Assembly (NCBI GenBank): GCA_005222965.1
Contig: NJBG01000001.1
Location: 613,533 to 677,532 of the forward strand
DNA from: Candidatus Woesearchaeota archaeon B3_Woes
GTDB taxonomy: Archaea; Nanobdellota; Nanobdellia; Woesearchaeales; B3-WOES
Direction of reading: 5' to 3'
DNA length: 64,000 nucleotides
The notes beneath the pieces are model-generated. The model saw only the letters and a list, made by a program, of their open reading frames with translations. It was not told the DNA's origin and made no database searches. Below are positions 57,611-64,000 of the stretch, one piece after another (position 1 is the stretch's first letter; every line of letters starts with the position of its first letter). A program made the position numbers and the translations under genes.

Positions 57611-58275
57611 TCAGCTTTCTTATACTTCTTCTTTGCTTCTTTTTTCTTCAAATGTACTGGTTCAGGTAATCCTTGTGCTTGGTAAAAATTCTTTATGCTT
57701 TTATGTGTTAATGCATCTCCTCCTGATTTATAAGCACCATGTAAATATAATATATCTTCTACTCTCATCTTACTAGCATCAACAATATCTTCAATATCCA
57801 TATGCTTAACAAAATCTGCAGCATCTTCATCTTTTAAATGTGCTCCTGCTGATGTATTAAGCTGTTTTGCAACCTCTTTTACCAATTCATCTCTCATACC
57901 CTCGTGACTCTTAACTGTATAATTCTTACCATATGTTTGTAAATTTTTTTCAAGTTGTGTTTTAGTAACACCAGAATAAGCCTTTAATAATTGATCAACT
58001 TGCATTCTATCTTCAGGATTAATATTCATACCAAAATATTCATTAGCTCTCTGGATATAATGACCAACCATCTGATCAACAAACTTCTTTTGTATATCAC
58101 CTTTTTCTAAACGATCATAATGTACAATCCCTTTTTCATCTCTTAATACAGCATCTGCAGCAATAGTATAAGCCTCAGTATGAGATAAGGTAGTTGTATC
58201 AAGAATTTCTTTTGCTTTTTTCTTTAAAGCTTCATACTTTTTAACAGATTTAGGAGTATTATCATCTTTAGGCAT
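57607..58275 (-). CDS. Hypothetical protein, paralog of 58341..58949
   Basis: AADAVLRDEKGIVHYDRLE...DQLLKAYSG. Confidence 0.78.
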   Translation of the reverse strand: MPKDDNTPKSVKKYEALKKKAKEILDTTTLSHTEAYTIAADAVLRDEKGIVHYDRLEKGDIQKKFVDQMVGHYIQRANEYFGMNINPEDRMQVDQLLKAYSGVTKTQLEKNLQTYGKNYTVKSHEGMRDELVKEVAKQLNTSAGAHLKDEDAADFVKHMDIEDIVDASKMRVEDILYLHGAYKSGGDALTHKSIKNFYQAQGLPEPVHLKKKEAKKKYKKAD

Positions 58276-58340
58276 TTATATCACTTACAAGAGGAAAAAC
58301 TACTATTCAATATAAATGTTTTGTTTTTAAAAAAGAAAAT

Positions 58341-58949
58341 TTACTTAGCTAATTTAGCATAAGGTTGATTTTCAACGAATTGAGGAGTTACTACTCCTTT
58401 ATCTCCTAAATATTCCTCTAATAATTTAGACATATCTAAAACATTTGTTAGCATGTTCACATCAATAAGTTCAATAGCAGGAAGATTTACTGGATCTTCT
58501 TTTAAATAATTCACAATATTCTGTCCATCATATTCAGTTAAACCATTCATTATTGCACTATTCATTAAACTTTGTTTAATAGGTTTAAATTGCTCATCAA
58601 CTACCTTTTCAAAAATTTTTAATTCCAAATCGCTTCCTGTCTGCTTCACAAAATTATAGAAACTTGCTGCATCAAATCCACAATACATTTTCCAAAGTTG
58701 ATCCTGTTTTATCACATCAGTTGTTGTAGCACCATAATCTCTATTGATTGCAGTATTTATCGATTTACCAAAAGCATCTTCAAAAGCATCTCTATTAACC
58801 TCTTCTTCTAATATAGAATAATCAACAGAACCATCTGTCCCTCTAATTGAATTTGCAGCAGCAATAAAAGCTTCTCTTACAGCTAACTCTTGCGTATCTA
58901 CCTTTATTTTTGCACTTTCCCTTAATTCTAAATATTCTTCAACTGGCAT
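58341..58949 (-). CDS. Hypothetical protein, paralog of 57607..58275
   Basis: AANSIRGTDGSVDYSILE...DQLWKMYCG. Confidence 0.78.
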   Translation of the reverse strand: MPVEEYLELRESAKIKVDTQELAVREAFIAAANSIRGTDGSVDYSILEEEVNRDAFEDAFGKSINTAINRDYGATTTDVIKQDQLWKMYCGFDAASFYNFVKQTGSDLELKIFEKVVDEQFKPIKQSLMNSAIMNGLTEYDGQNIVNYLKEDPVNLPAIELIDVNMLTNVLDMSKLLEEYLGDKGVVTPQFVENQPYAKLAK

Positions 58950-59083
58950 AATATTACCTACTATAAACTATGTTACTATTATATAGTAATAAATAATATA
59001 TAAACCTTTCGGTTTCTAAGAATATACCCAAATAACCTCTTGAAACGATAGCTTTTTAAATACCCCAAATTTCCACTCATATC

Positions 59084-59341
59084 ATGAAAGGAACAATTGT
59101 TAATTTCAGACTAAGCAGACATGTACAAAAAAACAATCACATGATTATTAATGTAGAAGGCGTTTCTTCAAGAGAAAAAGCAGAGCCTTTAGTTGGAAAA
59201 GAAGTCATATGGAAAAGTCCTGCTGACAAGGAAATCAAAGGAAAAGTAGCAAGCCCCCACGGCAACAAAGGAAATATCAGAGTAATATTTGAAAGAGGAA
59301 TGCCAGGACAAAGCCTAGCTACTAAAGTAGAAATAAAGTAG
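59084..59341 (+). CDS. rpl35ae: 50S ribosomal protein L35Ae
   Basis: KGTIVNFR, LVGKEVIWKSP, GKVASPHGNKG, FERGMPGQ. Confidence 0.93.
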   Translation: MKGTIVNFRLSRHVQKNNHMIINVEGVSSREKAEPLVGKEVIWKSPADKEIKGKVASPHGNKGNIRVIFERGMPGQSLATKVEIK

Positions 59342-59345
59342 AATT

Positions 59346-59606
59346 CTATTTATTTAGTTTACGAATAGCTATCTGAACACTTCTTTTAGCCTTGTACAAG
59401 TTTCCTCTGACATTTCTAACGCCTTCTTGTTTACTAACTTCTCTAGCTTTTTCACCTAAATTACTTAAGTGATTGGAAATCACACCCAAATTAGCAGAAA
59501 GATTTTTAGTTAAAGGACCACCTTTAGAAACAACACTTTTTTTAATAGGTTGCTGAGGAGCTAATTCTTTTTTCTTTCTCCGAAATAACCATCCAAAAAT
59601 TCCCAT
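59346..59606 (-). CDS. Small basic hypothetical protein
   Basis: MGIFGWLFRRKKKE amphipathic N-terminus; coupled to the upstream 49-aa ORF. Confidence 0.65.
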   Translation of the reverse strand: MGIFGWLFRRKKKELAPQQPIKKSVVSKGGPLTKNLSANLGVISNHLSNLGEKAREVSKQEGVRNVRGNLYKAKRSVQIAIRKLNK

Positions 59607-59607
59607 T

Positions 59608-59757
59608 TTAACAAACCGGAATCTTAAAAGGTATAATGCCTTTTGTTCCTAAATACACTAAAACCAATGCAATTATAATACCCAATACAAACCCTATAAA
59701 GAAAAACTTAAGTTCAATAAAACCTAGTTGTGCTCTTTTATTTTTAAAAAGTTTCAT
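59608..59757 (-). CDS. 49-aa membrane peptide with class III signal peptide-like start, absent from the ORF track
   Basis: AGGTGA RBS; MKLFKNKRAQLGFIELKFFFIGFVLGIIIALVLVYLGTKGIIPFKIPVC. Confidence 0.75.
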   Translation of the reverse strand: MKLFKNKRAQLGFIELKFFFIGFVLGIIIALVLVYLGTKGIIPFKIPVC

Positions 59758-59903
59758 TAGTATCACCTGTTTTTTTTATTAATACTTAAATTAACTCTTT
59801 TCTATATAAATATTTCGGAAATTTGTTTTCACTTCACCATAATAGAAATATTTATATAATAAACATAATATTATTAAAGATAATTGAACATAAGGTGCTT
59901 TAG

Positions 59904-61016
59904 ATGAAAAAAAAGGGACTATTCATTGTAATTCTTTGCTTATTATCTTTATTCTCTATCACTGCTTGTGATCCAAATGAATCATTAGGTCAAGATGGAG
60001 ATCTTTTTTTAACCATAAAAAATAGTGATTTAATTCAAGGTTTATTTGGGGCAAGCGATGGAACTACAAGTTTAGCCGATGACATTATAATGATGAGATT
60101 GCTATTTGCAATATTAATATTTGCAGCACTATATGGCGCTTCTCAACTTCCTCCTATTGGAAACATGGCAAAAAATCCAAGAATAGTTATTTCTATTGTC
60201 ATATCAATAATATCTGTTATTGCAATACCAGGGGACTTACTTAAAATAGCAGCTCAAACTTATGGGGGATTTATCTTATTTGTATTATTGGCAGTTCCTA
60301 TTGGTTTTGGAGCATATTTAATATTAGGAGTATTTACACAACCAACAAAAGCCCATTTTGGAATTAGATTTTTTATCTCTATGCTTTTATGGGGTTTAGT
60401 ATACAAAATTTCTGATGGAGCAATAATATCCGGTGGAGCTGAAGGTGTTTGGGGTGTTATTGGTTCTATAGCATCCTTTGCTACATGGATTTTTGCTATT
60501 ATGACATTTTACTTTTTTATCCGTATGTTTTCTGCTGGATCTGCAGTAGAAGGAAAAACATCAGAATTACCAGAAGGCACTAAAGAAACCGGAAGAAAAG
60601 TCGCATCATGGTGGAGAAGAAGGGGGGGTCCAGAATTTAATCAAATAACAGGACTAATTGGCAATCTACACAAAGCAGTTTCTACAAAAAACAAAGGAGC
60701 ACTAGCAACAGCAGTTAAAAAAATCAAAACAATAGAAACAAGAACAAAAAACCTCGAAACCTGGAGTTATAGTAAAGTAAAAGGTCTTGATTCTTCTATA
60801 AGAGACGATGCACTTACTAAAATCCAAGAAGCAACAGCAGCCCACAGGGATATAGCTGAAAAATTAAGAGGTATTAAAGCCAAAATTCCTTCTGAGGAAA
60901 AGACAGAAATTACAGATGATGTTTGGGATGAAATAGACAAAGCTGTAAAAGATATAGACGATAAATCAAAAGTTGCAAGAGCTAAAGAACTAGAATTTTT
61001 AGACCAACTAAAATAA
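59904..61016 (+). CDS. Membrane protein with lipobox-like signal, about 5 TM and a C-terminal helical domain
   Basis: FSITAC; LLFAILIFAALYG...PRIVISIVISII. Confidence 0.75.
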   Translation: MKKKGLFIVILCLLSLFSITACDPNESLGQDGDLFLTIKNSDLIQGLFGASDGTTSLADDIIMMRLLFAILIFAALYGASQLPPIGNMAKNPRIVISIVISIISVIAIPGDLLKIAAQTYGGFILFVLLAVPIGFGAYLILGVFTQPTKAHFGIRFFISMLLWGLVYKISDGAIISGGAEGVWGVIGSIASFATWIFAIMTFYFFIRMFSAGSAVEGKTSELPEGTKETGRKVASWWRRRGGPEFNQITGLIGNLHKAVSTKNKGALATAVKKIKTIETRTKNLETWSYSKVKGLDSSIRDDALTKIQEATAAHRDIAEKLRGIKAKIPSEEKTEITDDVWDEIDKAVKDIDDKSKVARAKELEFLDQLK

Positions 61017-61030
61017 TTCTTTTTTTCTTT

Positions 61031-62251
61031 TTACTCATATCTTAAAGCATCTACAGGTTTTAGTTTCGAAGCCTGTATAGATGGAATTAAACCAGAGCCT
61101 GCTCCAACTAAAAATGCAAATAACAAACAGCCAATAATAAGCCACAAAGGAAAAGCCGGTCTTAACATTGAAAGACCATATGAAGCTGCTATAAACCCAC
61201 CACCTTTAGCAATCAAATAACCAAGGAAAACACCAACAATACCACCAATTAATCCAAGCAAGCCGGATTCTATCACAAATATTAATAATATAAATCTATT
61301 ACGAGCACCAATTGATTTCATAACACCTATTTCCTGCGTTCTTTCTAAAATTGAAGCATACATTGTATTTGCTATATTAACAGCAGCAACAACTACAGAT
61401 ATTAAAGCAATTAAAACCAAAACACCATTTAGTATACCAATTATATTTGTGAATATTTCCATCATATCTTCAAACGTCTGTACAGTAAAATCTTCTTCCC
61501 CTTCCTTTTGACCACGGTGTTTTCTGAACTTTTCCTTTACTATTTCAGCTACGTAAGAAGGATTTTGATCAGGAGAGACCCTTATGTAAACATACTCATA
61601 ATCCTCTATCTCAAATATTTCTGTAAACCCTTCTTGTGAAATATAGAACTGAGCATCATCTGTCGGGCTTCCTATTTCCTCGTAAAATCCAACAACCTCA
61701 ACTTTAACATCATTTATTTCAACCTTATCTCCTACAGAAATAGGTTTCTTAAACATCTTGTTCGGAACACTATTGCTATAACCTGCAGTAGCTTTTAAGA
61801 CATCCCCTTTTTTTAGAATTCTGCCCTCTGTAATTTCTATTCCTCCAAACATTTCTTCTACTAATTTTTTTTCGCTGCTTTCAGTAGATAAACCAATAAC
61901 AAAAGGATATTTTTCTTTGAAATCTTTGAATTTTATTTTGCCTGAAGTAATCAACATTCCGGTTATTTCATCAACACCTTTTATTTTTCTAAGAAAATCA
62001 ATATCATCTTCTGTAAATAAGATGTTGCTTGTTCCAGGGGCATTAGTAATGCCTCCGCCAGGCATTAAAAATATTTTATCTGTCCCCATCTCCTCCCCAA
62101 ATTGATTCATATAACTATTAATTCCCTGGCCAAAACTAATCAAAGCAAAGATTGCTGTAATACCAATTAGAATAGATAAAATTGTAAGAAAACTTCTAAG
62201 TTTTCTATGCCATAAGTTTGATATTGAATATTTTAAAATGTCTTCTATCAT
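61031..62251 (-). CDS. ABC transporter permease (MacB/FtsX family)
   Basis: RKLRSFLTILSILIG, ERTQEIGVMKSIGA, ASKLKPVDALRYE. Confidence 0.92.
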   Translation of the reverse strand: MIEDILKYSISNLWHRKLRSFLTILSILIGITAIFALISFGQGINSYMNQFGEEMGTDKIFLMPGGGITNAPGTSNILFTEDDIDFLRKIKGVDEITGMLITSGKIKFKDFKEKYPFVIGLSTESSEKKLVEEMFGGIEITEGRILKKGDVLKATAGYSNSVPNKMFKKPISVGDKVEINDVKVEVVGFYEEIGSPTDDAQFYISQEGFTEIFEIEDYEYVYIRVSPDQNPSYVAEIVKEKFRKHRGQKEGEEDFTVQTFEDMMEIFTNIIGILNGVLVLIALISVVVAAVNIANTMYASILERTQEIGVMKSIGARNRFILLIFVIESGLLGLIGGIVGVFLGYLIAKGGGFIAASYGLSMLRPAFPLWLIIGCLLFAFLVGAGSGLIPSIQASKLKPVDALRYE

Positions 62252-63471
62252 TTTATATGTCTCAAAGCATCTACTGGATTTAATTTTGAAGCTTGGATAG
62301 CTGGAAGTGTTCCAAAAAATGAACCAAGTATAAACGAAAATAAGATAGATCCTATAATAAGTTCAGGAGTGATGTGCGCAGATATAAGGCCGGATCCTAA
62401 AAATAATTTACCTACAAACACAAGACCAGTTGCTAATAAAAAACCCAATACAGCGCCAATTACCCCCCCAACTGACCCTAAAAAACCAGATTCAATAAAA
62501 AACAACAAAAATACACTTGAATTTCTTGCACCAATTGACTTCATTATGCCTATTTCTTTGGTTCTTTCAACAACAGATGTGTACATAGTGTTCATTATTC
62601 CAATACCCCCTACCAACAGAGAGATGCCGGCAATAATATAGATGAATATCTGTATTCCAAGCAATACATTATTCACATTTTCCAGTACAGAGGCAGGACT
62701 TTCAACAGAAAAATCTTCTTCACCCTCTTTTACATCTCTTATTTTTCTTAATTTTTTTTCAATATCATTTTGTATTTTTGTAACATCAGCACCCTCATCA
62801 AACCTCACCGCCATTATATCATAATCATCCCCTTCTCTATCAACTAATTCCCTGAGATCATCTTCATTTACAAAAACAGCACCATCCAGCTGAATATTTC
62901 CTTTTTTTTCTAAAATTCCAATTACTTTAAATTCTATATCCAGCAATTCAACTTTTGATCCAGGTAATATTGGTTTTTCAAATCCATTATCTTCTTCCAT
63001 AAAATTTGCCCCTAAAAAAACAACACCCTTGTCACCATCTTTTAGGAGCCTTCCTTTTTGAGCTTCCATATTCATTAGATGTTCCATTACTTTTCTTTCT
63101 TCTCCATCAGGCATGCTTGCAGCAAACCCAAAACCAACCATATTATTGAAAACCAATTTTCCTGATTCAATAATCCTTCCAGCAGCACCTTCTACTCCTT
63201 GTACGCCTTTTATTGCATTTAATTCCTTATCTGTTAATGGATCTACAACTCCTGTCCCAGGTGGGCCAAAACCTCCTGAAGCAGTTACACTTAAGAGATC
63301 TGTTCCTAAAAACCCAAATTGAGAATTTATTGCGTGTCTTAATCCCTCCCCTAATCCAATCAAAGATACTAATGAAGCTATTCCTATGAATATTCCGATC
63401 ATAGTCAACCATGATCTCAGCTTTCTTTTTTTTAAATTATTAATAGAAAAAATAAAAAAATCTTTTATCAT
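62248..63471 (-). CDS. ABC transporter permease (MacB/FtsX family)
   Basis: RKLRSWLTMIGIFIG, GGIGIMNTM, ERTKEIG, ASKLNPVDALR. Confidence 0.92.
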   Translation of the reverse strand: MIKDFFIFSINNLKKRKLRSWLTMIGIFIGIASLVSLIGLGEGLRHAINSQFGFLGTDLLSVTASGGFGPPGTGVVDPLTDKELNAIKGVQGVEGAAGRIIESGKLVFNNMVGFGFAASMPDGEERKVMEHLMNMEAQKGRLLKDGDKGVVFLGANFMEEDNGFEKPILPGSKVELLDIEFKVIGILEKKGNIQLDGAVFVNEDDLRELVDREGDDYDIMAVRFDEGADVTKIQNDIEKKLRKIRDVKEGEEDFSVESPASVLENVNNVLLGIQIFIYIIAGISLLVGGIGIMNTMYTSVVERTKEIGIMKSIGARNSSVFLLFFIESGFLGSVGGVIGAVLGFLLATGLVFVGKLFLGSGLISAHITPELIIGSILFSFILGSFFGTLPAIQASKLNPVDALRHIK

Positions 63472-64000
63472 CGTTTAAGTTTTTCCTTGACTATTTCTTT
63501 AATTCTAGAAACAATCTTTGGATCTTTTTTGCCTTTCTTCTTCCTTCTATAATACCAAACTCCCCCAGCAATCAATAAGAAGAGTATGAATTTACCAAAA
63601 AAACCATTACTCTCTTTTAAACCATATTTCTTAGCTTCTGAAGAAGAGTATAGTTTCATATTAAGGATTACATCTTTCTTAAAGACCTTATTATTAGCAT
63701 CCCTGTAATCTAATCTTAGAGGAAGTTGAACCATTCTATCTCTTGTTCTTTTTACATAAAGGTTAAAATCTACACTTTCATAGTCGTCAGAATCAATATT
63801 CCCTACATATACAGCAGCTGGCGAAATAATATCATATTTTTCACTCTGCATCAACTCCACATACAAAAACTTAATATCAGACGAACCCTTATTTGTAAAT
63901 TTTAAAGATACAACACCAACTTCACCTGCTGAAACTATCTCAGAACTATCTATTGATGTAACCAAATCTGGCCGTTCTCCTATAATAAGGCTTGTATAAT
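63468..64000 (-). CDS. COG1361-like S-layer domain protein, 5' part outside the window
   Basis: VYVGNIDSDDYES, LDYRDANN, C-terminal TM anchor followed by RRKKK; typical neighbour of archaeal MacB-type permeases. Confidence 0.75.
   Translation of the reverse strand, partial: YTSLIIGERPDLVTSIDSSEIVSAGEVGVVSLKFTNKGSSDIKFLYVELMQSEKYDIISPAAVYVGNIDSDDYESVDFNLYVKRTRDRMVQLPLRLDYRDANNKVFKKDVILNMKLYSSSEAKKYGLKESNGFFGKFILFLLIAGGVWYYRRKKKGKKDPKIVSRIKEIVKEKLKR

Noticed and set aside
1235..63412. Many short antisense or alternate-frame ORFs in the track (e.g. 9413..9853, 20449..20718, 32908..33246, 34005..34355, 39228..39548, 62369..62641)
   Set aside because: They are shadows of well-supported genes, with no motifs or RBS

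Overview
AT-rich archaeal chromosome segment. Gene content (GatDE, CDC48, RFC-L, Sec61beta, L35Ae, archaeal RNase P RNA, BHB tRNA introns, class III signal peptides, PduL, D-lactate dehydrogenase) suggests a DPANN archaeon, probably Woesearchaeota (inference). It carries housekeeping genes, four tRNA genes, an ~8.7 kb Fe-S/oxidative-stress block with three small ORFs missing from the ORF track, a type IV pilus/Tad-like ATPase-platform locus, a TrmB-linked radical SAM/AdoMetDC/methyltransferase cassette, SMC and a giant surface-protein operon. The most interesting region is 42.3-48.7 kb. It holds (1) an operon of six small helix-plus-HTH proteins in three paralogous pairs around one HEPN-like protein, a candidate undescribed defence or regulatory system; (2) tRNA-Ser(UGA) with three BHB introns; (3) a distal 46-nt copy of that tRNA's 3' half that lacks the T-loop intron and brackets a three-gene islet; and (4) a 12-bp-period repeat array. 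All protein family calls come from motif recognition by eye; no database searches were run.
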